A stretch of DNA of 64,000 bases from a bacterium (GTDB lineage: Bacteria; Patescibacteriota; Dojkabacteria; B142; OLB20). The position numbers and the translations under genes were made by a program. Shown here in pieces: positions 1 to 9,170 of this stretch. The notes beneath the pieces are model-generated. The model was not told the origin of the DNA. It saw nothing but the letters and a program-made list of their open reading frames with translations, and did no database searches. Position 1 is the first letter of the stretch. The number at the start of each line of letters is the position of its first letter. The stretch spans positions 53,692-117,691 of the forward strand of contig JAJTYI010000006.1 of NCBI GenBank assembly GCA_021463645.1, written 5' to 3'.

Positions 1-1
1 C

Positions 2-460
2 ATTTTTAAGGAAGAAAGGTTTAAAGAAATTCTAGATTTATTAGATAAAATATCAAAAGACATAAATCTCGTTTTTGTACTGCATCCTCCTACCGAAAAG
101 CAACTGGAGAAAACTGGTTTAGGAGAGAAATTGGAGAAAAACAATAAAATTCAATTAATTCCTAGACAAGATTTTCAGAATTTTGCATACATAACGGACT
201 TGGCTGAATTTGTAATCACCGATGGTGGTAGTAACCAGGAAGAGCTAAGCTACATGGGCAAACCTACTATTTTATTTAGAGAATATACCGAGAGAACCGA
301 AGGACTTGATGAGAATGTATTGTTATCGAAGTTCGACCATGAAGTCATTTTTTACTTCGTGAAGAATCATAAAGATTATCAGCGGAAACCCCTCAACTTG
401 AAAGTTGCTCCTTCAAAACTGATAGTAGAGTTTGTTAAAAAAGTTAATAAAATTGACTAG
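2..460 (+). CDS. UDP-N-acetylglucosamine 2-epimerase-like protein, C-terminal part (5' end outside window)
   Basis: The frame of the 131..460 ORF stays open back to base 2. The segment VITDGGSNQEELSYMGKPTILFREYTERTEG resembles the (S)GG-x-QEE...TER-x-E region of WecB/MnaA-type 2-epimerases. It sits at the edge of a glycan locus. Confidence 0.55.
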   Translation: MFKEERFKEILDLLDKISKDINLVFVLHPPTEKQLEKTGLGEKLEKNNKIQLIPRQDFQNFAYITDLAEFVITDGGSNQEELSYMGKPTILFREYTERTEGLDENVLLSKFDHEVIFYFVKNHKDYQRKPLNLKVAPSKLIVEFVKKVNKID

Positions 461-2024
461 GAATCTATTAAACAATTCAATATCCAAAACAATCAAAATA
501 AACAGAGAGAGTTTATTCATAGCTATTCTTTTCCTAATATTTTCACTCTATGGTCTCTTCACATTAAAAGTATATGGGATACATGTAGATGACTTTGTCC
601 AAGCAAAATATGGGGAGTTAATTTCATTGAAGCTGGTGAATCCCAATAATAATGATTATCTAAATCTTTCAAACCTCAGATTCTACGGTCCTATATACGA
701 AGTGTTTTTACATTTAATTATTTCATTCTTTGGACTCACCAGAGAAACAATCGATTTTTTTTATACGAGAAAATTCATTACATACATAATTTTCCTTATT
801 GGTTGCTTATTTTACTACCTACTTTTAAGAAGACACTTCAATTTTTTTGTCACCTCGATTGCAACTTTATTACTTTTCTCAATACCCTCCTACTTCGGAT
901 ATGCACAAGTTACAACCAAAGAGATTCCACTAATTTCCTTTACTATCATTTCGTTTTACTTTCTTGATAGATATCTTAGAGGAACGACGAAGAGAAACTT
1001 TTTCTTACATTTCTTCTTCTTATCTATTGCTATTGCCATTAGACCTTCAGCCCTGACTTACCTTCCAATTACTTCTCTGTTCATCTTAGTTTATGAAATA
1101 AAAAGCTTCGAAGGATTCAGGAAGTACATCAAGCAAAGAGGTCGCCCATTACTTTTAAACTTGATAATTGCAGTTGTAACCATTTTCGGAGTTGTTCTAA
1201 TTTTCGATCCACACTTAAGAGAGGATCCATTTAACAGATACATCGAAAGACTAGAATTCATGTCGTCCTTTGATAACGAAGGATCGATAATGATTAACGG
1301 ACAAGTTATGAAAGTTTCCGAGTCTAAAACCTCTGATATGTTTGTTATTGGTTTAAAAAAAGTTCCAGAAATATTTATTTCTTTTTCATTAATAGGATTT
1401 GTCTTCGGAATATTCCAACTATTTAAGACACCTCTGAAAAAAACATTCACAAAAAACCGACTTTTTATTATTGGATTACTATGGCTTTTTATTCCTTTAT
1501 TATCAGTATTTATCAAAGAAACTAAGTTCTACAATTTCAGACATTTATTAATTTTCCTTCCACCTCTTGGAATATTTCTAGCATATGGGATTAATTTCAT
1601 AGTAAAGAGAAAAGATTATCTCGGGAAAGTGATTGTTGGGATTATAATTTTGGGGAGCATATATCAAACTTATACCCTGTTTAAACTCTTCCCCTATGAG
1701 ATTACTTACTTCAATGAGATTTCAGGAGGTTTGAATAAGAATAGCGAACTATATTCTAATTATCCCGAAGGACTTGCAGAAGCAGAAGCAATAATAGAAG
1801 TGTGTGAGGAAGATGAGGAAAAACTAATCTCTGGACCATTTGTCAGTATCTATCTTCCATACTATTGTCCAAATGCGAAGTATAGCGACAAATACGAGCA
1901 ATCAGACTACATTATTACCTATGATTTCTATGAGAAATTACAGCCTGTGCCAATGGATACGAAACTAATAGACACTATTGAGAGGGATAACGCGAATATT
2001 CTAAATATTTATAAAACTAAATAA
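432..2024 (+). CDS. Polytopic membrane glycosyltransferase, GT-C fold-like (ArnT/PMT-like)
   Basis: 530 aa with about a dozen hydrophobic helices. An acidic HVDDF motif lies in the first loop after TM1, as in GT-C enzymes. The TTG start overlaps the upstream gene by 29 nt. The call rests on architecture rather than strong motif identity. Confidence 0.4.
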   Translation: MLKKLIKLTRNLLNNSISKTIKINRESLFIAILFLIFSLYGLFTLKVYGIHVDDFVQAKYGELISLKLVNPNNNDYLNLSNLRFYGPIYEVFLHLIISFFGLTRETIDFFYTRKFITYIIFLIGCLFYYLLLRRHFNFFVTSIATLLLFSIPSYFGYAQVTTKEIPLISFTIISFYFLDRYLRGTTKRNFFLHFFFLSIAIAIRPSALTYLPITSLFILVYEIKSFEGFRKYIKQRGRPLLLNLIIAVVTIFGVVLIFDPHLREDPFNRYIERLEFMSSFDNEGSIMINGQVMKVSESKTSDMFVIGLKKVPEIFISFSLIGFVFGIFQLFKTPLKKTFTKNRLFIIGLLWLFIPLLSVFIKETKFYNFRHLLIFLPPLGIFLAYGINFIVKRKDYLGKVIVGIIILGSIYQTYTLFKLFPYEITYFNEISGGLNKNSELYSNYPEGLAEAEAIIEVCEEDEEKLISGPFVSIYLPYYCPNAKYSDKYEQSDYIITYDFYEKLQPVPMDTKLIDTIERDNANILNIYKTK

Positions 2025-3936
2025 TTTCCGAATCTTCTTTTCCGCTTATTTTCAATAACTTCTTCAAAATCAAAAGAGAAATTGGACCTACTATTAAAAG
2101 AACTGAGGCATTTACAATCCTATCCAGAACGGATGCAACTATAGCATCTTGTGTACGGATGTTTATTACTTGACTAGCAAAAGCGAACAACACCTCTTTT
2201 ATCCCCAGTGCTGATGGAGTTATGTTAAGAAATATTGATAATACTGAAAATGATGATAAAAAGACATTATCCCAGATTTGAACTATCTCTCCTTTCGTTG
2301 TAGTGATATCAAGATATCTGAATTGGAAATACAACAATGAGGCAACTACCAAGCTATTGAGGCCAGTAATTAAACTCATGATTGCCACTCTTTTTGGTGA
2401 TTTTGAGATAGTATTCCACCCTTCCACTACACTCTCAACTTTACTTCTAAAACCTTCAAAAGGTATCAATCTTAAGAATAGTTTGGTTGCAGACACCGCA
2501 AGAATTGATCCTAGGGAAAGTCCCAGGAATGCTAAAGCCACGAGGACACTGAAAGAAGATGTTCGAAGATATATTATTAGCATGGATAACAATCCCAGAA
2601 TACCTATTACAAAAAAATTAATCACATAAGAACCTGCTAATGTGGTGGCGAACGAAGAATACCTAAATCCGTGTTTTCTTTTTAAGTACAGTGCAGTCAC
2701 TCCCATACCAGCTCGGAAAGGGAGGAAGGTATTCGCGAAACTTGTGGCAGTCGCTAGCGCAATGCTCTCAATCTTCCCAAGATTTACACCGAATTGTCTG
2801 TAAAGATACCAAGAAAATAATCCATTAATACTGAGTAAAATCAAATTAAAACCGGCGAGGACAATGACTTGCCAATATTTTAGTTCCAGAATAATTTTGA
2901 AATCATTGTAATTTTTGTACAAATAATAACCTGCGCCAAGAAGTATCACCAAGGTAAATAGTAGAGCCAAAAGCTGTTTTGGAGAATTATTAATAAGCAG
3001 TTTGTAAAGCCCTTTGAGAATACCGAAATAATACAATAGCACTAGAACCGGACCTATTATAAATATTTGTATACTTCTTGTAGGAACATGGTCTAGATAA
3101 ACGGAAATCGCTAACCACAACAATATCAAAATGATGATTGATGTTATTCCGAAAAGCCACCAAATCAAATATAGACCAGCCAAAGCAAAAACAGGAAACA
3201 ACAAAATTATCCAATGCTTGAGGCTTTTCTTTTTTAGATAATAGTCAGTGAAGTGTAAACCTCTTTCAATAATATGGTGAAGACTTTTCTTTGTATCATC
3301 ACGACCGTAGTTAATTATCCAGATATCGGGGTCAATAACTATATTGTCTTTTTCTAGAATGTAAGAGAACAGTCTGGTATCTTCCGAAGACTCACGATCA
3401 AAGGTATGTCCATATTTTTCAATTATATGCTTAAATACTGGTTTCTTTATGAAAAATATAGTTGTTCCTTTGGGGTATACATCGAAATTCTCTTTTGTCA
3501 GTACTATCCTTTGTTTACATTCTCTGTAATATTTCCTGAAAAACTGCCTTCGAATTGCAGAATAAAATACTTCAAAAATTGTTTCTTTTTCCAGTCCTCT
3601 GCTATGACCAATTATCATATTATCTTTTTTATCTTTCAGGTTTCGTAAAATCTCCTTTGGAACCAAACACCTCGAGTCAATATAAAGTAGATTTTCATAC
3701 TTTGCTTCATTCATTGCCGTTTTGCGAGCATCAAATCTACCAAGATTTTTCGGATGATTTACTAATCTTACTCTTTTGAATTTTTTCACTACATCTGCAG
3801 TTTTGTCCGTAGATCCGTCATTGACTACAACAATCTCATAATCATCTTTTGGATATTCAATATCCATAATCGAGTCCAGGAGTTTTCCGATTGCCTTCTC
3901 TTCGTTATAGACAGGTATTAAAATTGAGATTTTCAT
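2017..3936 (-). CDS. GT2 glycosyltransferase fused to a multi-pass flippase-like (LPG-synthase-TM-like) membrane domain
   Basis: The N-terminus MKISILIPVYNEEKAIGKLL...YEIVVVNDGSTDKT is a classic GT2 signature. Residues from about 230 to 639 form ten or more hydrophobic helices. Confidence 0.6.
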   Translation of the reverse strand: MKISILIPVYNEEKAIGKLLDSIMDIEYPKDDYEIVVVNDGSTDKTADVVKKFKRVRLVNHPKNLGRFDARKTAMNEAKYENLLYIDSRCLVPKEILRNLKDKKDNMIIGHSRGLEKETIFEVFYSAIRRQFFRKYYRECKQRIVLTKENFDVYPKGTTIFFIKKPVFKHIIEKYGHTFDRESSEDTRLFSYILEKDNIVIDPDIWIINYGRDDTKKSLHHIIERGLHFTDYYLKKKSLKHWIILLFPVFALAGLYLIWWLFGITSIIILILLWLAISVYLDHVPTRSIQIFIIGPVLVLLYYFGILKGLYKLLINNSPKQLLALLFTLVILLGAGYYLYKNYNDFKIILELKYWQVIVLAGFNLILLSINGLFSWYLYRQFGVNLGKIESIALATATSFANTFLPFRAGMGVTALYLKRKHGFRYSSFATTLAGSYVINFFVIGILGLLSMLIIYLRTSSFSVLVALAFLGLSLGSILAVSATKLFLRLIPFEGFRSKVESVVEGWNTISKSPKRVAIMSLITGLNSLVVASLLYFQFRYLDITTTKGEIVQIWDNVFLSSFSVLSIFLNITPSALGIKEVLFAFASQVINIRTQDAIVASVLDRIVNASVLLIVGPISLLILKKLLKISGKEDSEII

Positions 3937-4739
3937 TTACGATATTTCCAAATATAAATACACAAATAATAGCCATATAATCCCTGAAGTAAAGCTACTT
4001 TCCAGGTGCTAAAACTCTTCCAATATCTATGCCTCAGCATTGAGACCACGATTGATTGTATCATCCAAAGGGGTGCAAGAACTGGATTAGCATATTTCTT
4101 TTGCTTATCAATACTATCCTGGAATCTATTCAAGACATCTTCGTTGCAATTATAATTATCGAAGTCTTCCCTGTAAAAAAACTTTGCATGAACATCTATC
4201 CATTTCATCCACTTAGTTCTAAATCTATTGAAAGTATAGTTATTGTAGAGTGGTTGATGTTCGAGAACTAGGTCACTTTGCACAAAATTTCCATATGTCC
4301 CAGGATCTTTACCAGGAAATGAGAAATAGTACATTTTGTTTTTTCGGAATAGAACTTTTTTCTGTGGAAAACCTTTCGTAATATATTGTTTCCCATTCCA
4401 AAGTGGCCATACGAATGAATATGCATCAATGTCTTTGTTCTCAATCAAATTTCTAAGATTCTTTTTCAATTCGGGAGAAAGAAATTCATCTGCATCAATT
4501 TGGAGAATCCAATCATATTTACATTGGTTGATGGCAAAAACCTGATGAAACTCTCGCATTCCACGATGTTCCTGTACAAATATCTTAGCACCAAAATCTT
4601 TTGCTATTTCTAAACTTCTATCAGTACATTCTCCATCATGAACAACAACAATTTCATCAACCACATCTTTAAGAGAACCTAGGGACCTCTCGATATGTTT
4701 CTCTTCATTGTAGATTACTAAAAATGCGGAGATTTTCAT
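3933..4739 (-). CDS. GT2 family glycosyltransferase
   Basis: MKISAFLVIYNEEKHIERSL, IVVVHDGECTDRS and QIDADEFL (DxD) motifs. It overlaps the downstream gene by 4 nt. Confidence 0.7.
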   Translation of the reverse strand: MKISAFLVIYNEEKHIERSLGSLKDVVDEIVVVHDGECTDRSLEIAKDFGAKIFVQEHRGMREFHQVFAINQCKYDWILQIDADEFLSPELKKNLRNLIENKDIDAYSFVWPLWNGKQYITKGFPQKKVLFRKNKMYYFSFPGKDPGTYGNFVQSDLVLEHQPLYNNYTFNRFRTKWMKWIDVHAKFFYREDFDNYNCNEDVLNRFQDSIDKQKKYANPVLAPLWMIQSIVVSMLRHRYWKSFSTWKVALLQGLYGYYLCIYIWKYRK

Positions 4740-5443
4740 TATTTTTTACTTAGAAGAAAGGTTTTTGAGTAAGGTTTGCCAAAAGTAAGTAGTCTATGGA
4801 ACCCTTTTGCATAGACCTTAAACATTTTAAATGACATTGACTTTCGATGTTCGACCAATCTGTAAAGCACAGATGAGAAAAGCTTTACGGGTATCCATAA
4901 ATAAACGTTAAGATTATTGTCGGTTTCTATCAACTTTACTTTATTGCTTTTCAAGAATTTCTTAAAGTCGTCTTCGTTTGGTTGTCCATAGAGTTTATGT
5001 TCATCTAGAAATTTGATTTTATTTAGAAACATCATTCTCAAGATTTTCTCAAAAGGTTCTGCGTGATCAAGTGGAAAACTCATGATAATGTCATCTTTAG
5101 CTACCCTGGCTAGTTCTTTGATGAAAGTCTCTCTATTCTGAGGGGGAACGTGTTCGAAAGTATCTATACACGTGACTAAATCAAATGTTGAATCTGTGAA
5201 CTTTGACCTTTTCCCATTATAATTTACAAAATCGACTTCAGGATATGCTTCTATGTCTTCTTTTATAAATTTGTATTCATCAGTCTCAAGCAAAGTTAAA
5301 GTTACATTTGGAAACTCAGAAATATATCTGGCCAATCCAGGACCATTTGGCCCAACATCTAACACTTTGAAACTTTTCTTTCCTTTAGATATTTTCTTAA
5401 TAAAGTTGTATACGTAAAGATATCTTTGAAATGTATCAATCAT
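4739..5443 (-). CDS. Class I SAM-dependent methyltransferase
   Basis: VLDVGPNGPGLARY (motif I-like) and FDLVTCIDTFEHV motifs. It is tightly coupled to the flanking GT2 genes. Confidence 0.65.
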   Translation of the reverse strand: MIDTFQRYLYVYNFIKKISKGKKSFKVLDVGPNGPGLARYISEFPNVTLTLLETDEYKFIKEDIEAYPEVDFVNYNGKRSKFTDSTFDLVTCIDTFEHVPPQNRETFIKELARVAKDDIIMSFPLDHAEPFEKILRMMFLNKIKFLDEHKLYGQPNEDDFKKFLKSNKVKLIETDNNLNVYLWIPVKLFSSVLYRLVEHRKSMSFKMFKVYAKGFHRLLTFGKPYSKTFLLSKK

Positions 5444-6276
5444 AGTAATCCTTCTTTCACACCTCTAAAAAAATAAGGTAAGTTCTTTGGACGAGGTAAT
5501 ACCCAGAAGAATCCCACAAGTATTGAAAAGAAAATGAAAAGATATTTTTTTATGCCATTTAAATCTTTCTTCGCAAAATATATCGCATTCCTGGCAATAA
5601 GAAAATCTTTCTTACCTGTATTGTCTTTTGTGGACATTGAGTGATAGTGCCTTAACTTCCAATCCCAAACAACTTCAATCTTTACGCCATTTTTCTTTGC
5701 CCTCATAGAAAAGTCCACATCCTCAAAGTACGACTCATAACTTTCATCAAAATAACCTACCTTATCCAAAACATTTTTATGAAAATATAAGAAACATCCG
5801 CTTAGAAAGTCAGGCTGAGTCTTTTTAATCTCTGAAATGTGCTTGCCTTTGTTTACGTTGATTGTACCTCCATAAAGTATTCCAATATCCCCACCAGTAT
5901 TCTGTACAATATCGTTACCAACATTCATAATCACTGGGGAATAAATTGTGTCTTTATCCGTCAGCTTTCCAATCTCTGAAATAAATTCATCATCAATTAT
6001 TACATCATTGTTTCCTATCAAGAACCATTCACATTTGGTATTTTTTTGTAAATATTTAAGACCAAGATTCAGACCTCCACTATAACCGCTATTTTTTTCA
6101 GAATTAATTAGAATTACTTCTTTTGACTCGAGTTCTTTTAATTTCTGGGTATCTTCTGGAGAATTATTAACAACTATCAACAGATAATCTTTGATACTTT
6201 TACTTATTCCTTCTACAAACTGAAGAGTATATTGAAGACTACGGTAATTGACAGTTACTACACCTATTTTGTTCAA
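5440..6276 (-). CDS. GT2 family glycosyltransferase (rhamnosyltransferase-like)
   Basis: IGVVTVNYRS, LLIVVNNSPED, NSGYSGGLNLG and GNNDV motifs, plus a C-terminal hydrophobic helix. Confidence 0.7.
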   Translation of the reverse strand: MNKIGVVTVNYRSLQYTLQFVEGISKSIKDYLLIVVNNSPEDTQKLKELESKEVILINSEKNSGYSGGLNLGLKYLQKNTKCEWFLIGNNDVIIDDEFISEIGKLTDKDTIYSPVIMNVGNDIVQNTGGDIGILYGGTINVNKGKHISEIKKTQPDFLSGCFLYFHKNVLDKVGYFDESYESYFEDVDFSMRAKKNGVKIEVVWDWKLRHYHSMSTKDNTGKKDFLIARNAIYFAKKDLNGIKKYLFIFFSILVGFFWVLPRPKNLPYFFRGVKEGLL

Positions 6277-6341
6277 GATTGAAGACTAAAATTTATTAGT
6301 AAAGAGAATTATATCAGAATCAAAAACTACAGACAGGCTAT

Positions 6342-8339
6342 TCAATAGTGTTTCTTGGCAGAATTTATTTTCTCTACAGCATATGTGGCATCTATGCCAA
6401 TCGTATCACAATACCACAACATTGATTCTACTCTCGGTTTATTCTCCTCAATGGATAGTTTCAAAGCTTCATCTCTCGAGATTAGGCCTTCTCTAATTTG
6501 ATTGCTTCTAAAAGTATCATTTTCCGTTAATCCAGTCATCACATAATATACGTAATTATAGAAACTAGCTGTACCATCGCCTATTCTCCAAGAGGATCTA
6601 GTATCTGGAGATAATTCCCAATCGTATTGCTTTAATAGTACATCCTCGACTTCTTGCTCACTCCATGGGAGGTATTTGTAAATGTAGAGATAATCCTTTG
6701 AAATAGCATACGAAGAAAGGTATGCCCCAAATGTATCAACAAGAGAGGAGTTCAAATACCTGGGATTTTTCGAATATTGAGCTGCGTAATACCATAAAAG
6801 CTTAAGGCTATTCATCATGCCAATTTCATAAGCTTTTTTATCTTTATTTTTCAATTTTACATTTGCAAAACCATGTTTAAAGTAAGTGTTTTCAAGTGAA
6901 TTCCCCGAATAAATGACTAAGTCGATACCAGTCTCTTTTCGAAGCTTATTTAAATAGTAAAAATACTGTTTATCGCCAGCCATAAACAACGGAACCATTC
7001 CGATTTCTGGCTTCTTTAGCCAGGCTGACACATTTTTTCGGATATATTCTCGTTTTTTTTGGATATCGGCTGATATTAATATGTGTTCGACCCCTAATTG
7101 TCCAGTCATTCGAGCCTGATTTCTTCTACCAAGGTCAGTTATCATTCCCCAGTCGTAAGAATATGCTAGTGGTTTTAGTCCAAGTTCTTCTACCGCGTAA
7201 TGTAAGGCATAACAACTATCCCTACCCCCACTAAATGCCACAATACAATCAGGTTCGCCATTGCCTTTCTTATATTTCGAAATATCTTTTACTAGTTCAT
7301 CATCACCTTTTATTTCTCGATTCTCATACGCATGACAATAACTACAGACTCCGTCGTCATCAAACTCAATAAATGGCATAGTTTCAGGTAATATACACTT
7401 TGTACATCTTCTTAACTTCCCTATTTCTTTGCTATCCTGCTCGTATTCCTTTTTTATCAAACTCTCTATAGTTTTCAAATTCTTTTTATTATCTTCAACA
7501 TGTGATGGTATCGGCACTTCAGTTATTTGTTTACCCAAAATTTGTATTTTCCTTTTTTTCGCTGAAACTTTAAGGTTTTTCAGTTCCGAATCTTTCGATA
7601 TTTCAAAATCCTGTCTTTTAAGATTATCAAGACTTATCAATGCCCCCGAACCCGGAGAAATCTGTTTGATTTCTATTGAATCATTCTTTTCCTTGAAATG
7701 TTTTCTAAGGATTTCTTCTGCAAAGAATTTCTCGGACACGAAAATTAGAAAACTTTTTTCTTTATCACTTAGTGTGAAAAGAGAGCCGGTATTTGTGGCT
7801 ATTAATAAATTATTGTAGGTTCCAAACAAACTCCCGAATGCGTATGACCCTTTGATTTCTTGGAGTGTTTTCTTCAGAGAAGCTCCAAAGCCCTCACCTT
7901 TATGTATTCTTTCATTTAATAATGCATTAAATACTTCAGTATCTACACCAAATTCTCGCTTTAAACCTTTGTGATTCTTCCATAAGTCGTTGTCATTTAC
8001 TATGATTCCGTTGTGGATAGTTGCCATTCCGGACTTTACAACTGGCTGATTGTTGTGAGTAAGACTAAATGAACCGTTTGTTTCCATCCTAGCATGCCCG
8101 ATAAGCGCATATTGTTCAACATCACTACTTAATAATTCGTTATAGATTTTTGATTTGATAAATTTGCTGGCAGAAAGCGGTTCTTTGTAAACAAGAATCT
8201 CATCCCCTCTAACAAAAGCGATTCCAGAGGAATCTTTACCCCGTGATTGCGAGAGTAAAAGAAGATCATTCACAATTGACTTCGCTTCTGCTTTATTAAA
8301 TGTATTCTTAGTTGTAATTAATCCAAAAATTCCACACAT
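6342..8339 (-). CDS. Class II glutamine amidotransferase fused to an N-acetyl-sugar amidotransferase (WbpG/WbuX/PseA-like PP-loop enzyme)
   Basis: It starts MCGIFG, the Cys2 nucleophile of Ntn-type GATases as in AsnB/GlmS/PurF. A central CTKCILPETMPFIEFDDDGVCSYCH zinc-ribbon is followed by the PP-loop AFSGGRDSC. Confidence 0.65.
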   Translation of the reverse strand: MCGIFGLITTKNTFNKAEAKSIVNDLLLLSQSRGKDSSGIAFVRGDEILVYKEPLSASKFIKSKIYNELLSSDVEQYALIGHARMETNGSFSLTHNNQPVVKSGMATIHNGIIVNDNDLWKNHKGLKREFGVDTEVFNALLNERIHKGEGFGASLKKTLQEIKGSYAFGSLFGTYNNLLIATNTGSLFTLSDKEKSFLIFVSEKFFAEEILRKHFKEKNDSIEIKQISPGSGALISLDNLKRQDFEISKDSELKNLKVSAKKRKIQILGKQITEVPIPSHVEDNKKNLKTIESLIKKEYEQDSKEIGKLRRCTKCILPETMPFIEFDDDGVCSYCHAYENREIKGDDELVKDISKYKKGNGEPDCIVAFSGGRDSCYALHYAVEELGLKPLAYSYDWGMITDLGRRNQARMTGQLGVEHILISADIQKKREYIRKNVSAWLKKPEIGMVPLFMAGDKQYFYYLNKLRKETGIDLVIYSGNSLENTYFKHGFANVKLKNKDKKAYEIGMMNSLKLLWYYAAQYSKNPRYLNSSLVDTFGAYLSSYAISKDYLYIYKYLPWSEQEVEDVLLKQYDWELSPDTRSSWRIGDGTASFYNYVYYVMTGLTENDTFRSNQIREGLISRDEALKLSIEENKPRVESMLWYCDTIGIDATYAVEKINSAKKHY

Positions 8340-8466
8340 GTTAATTTAATAAAAGATTGATAAAGTTAATTATATTACTAATAATTTGAATAGCGTAAGG
8401 TTTTATTTATTTTCTTGATTATTGCTATACTGGTTAACTCTTATAAAATAAAAACCATCTTGCTAT

Positions 8467-9090
8467 ATGACACATATCGAAGATACAAGTAAAACACCTA
8501 TTATTATAACTAATAATTGTTGGGGTTATCATTATTATCAAAATAATAACATTGCATACCCCACTCCATTTATCGGTTTATTTATATTCGCACCAGACTA
8601 TTTGGAGATGCTCAAAGATTTTGAAAAACATATGAGTGCGCCACTCAAATTTACTAAAAAATCAAAATATCATTTAAAACATAAAGATTATCCAATTGGA
8701 AAGTTACTAGATGTAGAAATACATTTTCTTCATTACAAATCCGAAGACGAGGCAAAGAGCAAGTGGGATAGAAGGAAATCAAGAATGCACAAAAATATGG
8801 ACAACTATTATTTCAAGTTTGATGATGTGGAAAAGCCTTTTGAGGATATCTATTTAAAAAGGTTTTATTCTTTACCTTTCAAAAATAAAATATCATTTAC
8901 AAAAGAAAGACATCCTGAATACAAAAATAATCTTGAATTTTATTTCGGGAAATCACTAAGTGGAGGGCGGTTATATCGGACAACTCCGTTTTATTTCAAT
9001 ATCAATAAATGGTTAGCAGGCAAAGGGCTGAGTAAGCATTTTCATTATAAACTCTATCAAAATACTCTCTCTCATTTATTTAATCGATAA
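8467..9090 (+). CDS. DUF1919-like exopolysaccharide-locus protein
   Basis: IIITNNCWGYHYYQ...YPTPFIGLF resembles the N-terminal NNCWGG..Y...SP..G motif of DUF1919 proteins. Confidence 0.5.
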   Translation: MTHIEDTSKTPIIITNNCWGYHYYQNNNIAYPTPFIGLFIFAPDYLEMLKDFEKHMSAPLKFTKKSKYHLKHKDYPIGKLLDVEIHFLHYKSEDEAKSKWDRRKSRMHKNMDNYYFKFDDVEKPFEDIYLKRFYSLPFKNKISFTKERHPEYKNNLEFYFGKSLSGGRLYRTTPFYFNINKWLAGKGLSKHFHYKLYQNTLSHLFNR

Positions 9091-9170
9091 ATCGTCAATC
9101 TCGTTTCATCTCGTATTTTGTGTATTTACATGGTAATATTGACGACATAGCCATATAAAACTTACGAATC

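Noticed and set aside
1091-1516. A 141-aa antisense ORF lies inside the GT-C-like membrane protein gene.
   Set aside because: It is a shadow ORF opposite a long, coherent membrane-protein frame. It is low complexity and has no motifs. The same reasoning applies to 2303..2629, 2990..3214, 3406..3779, 4056..4545 and 7429..7818.
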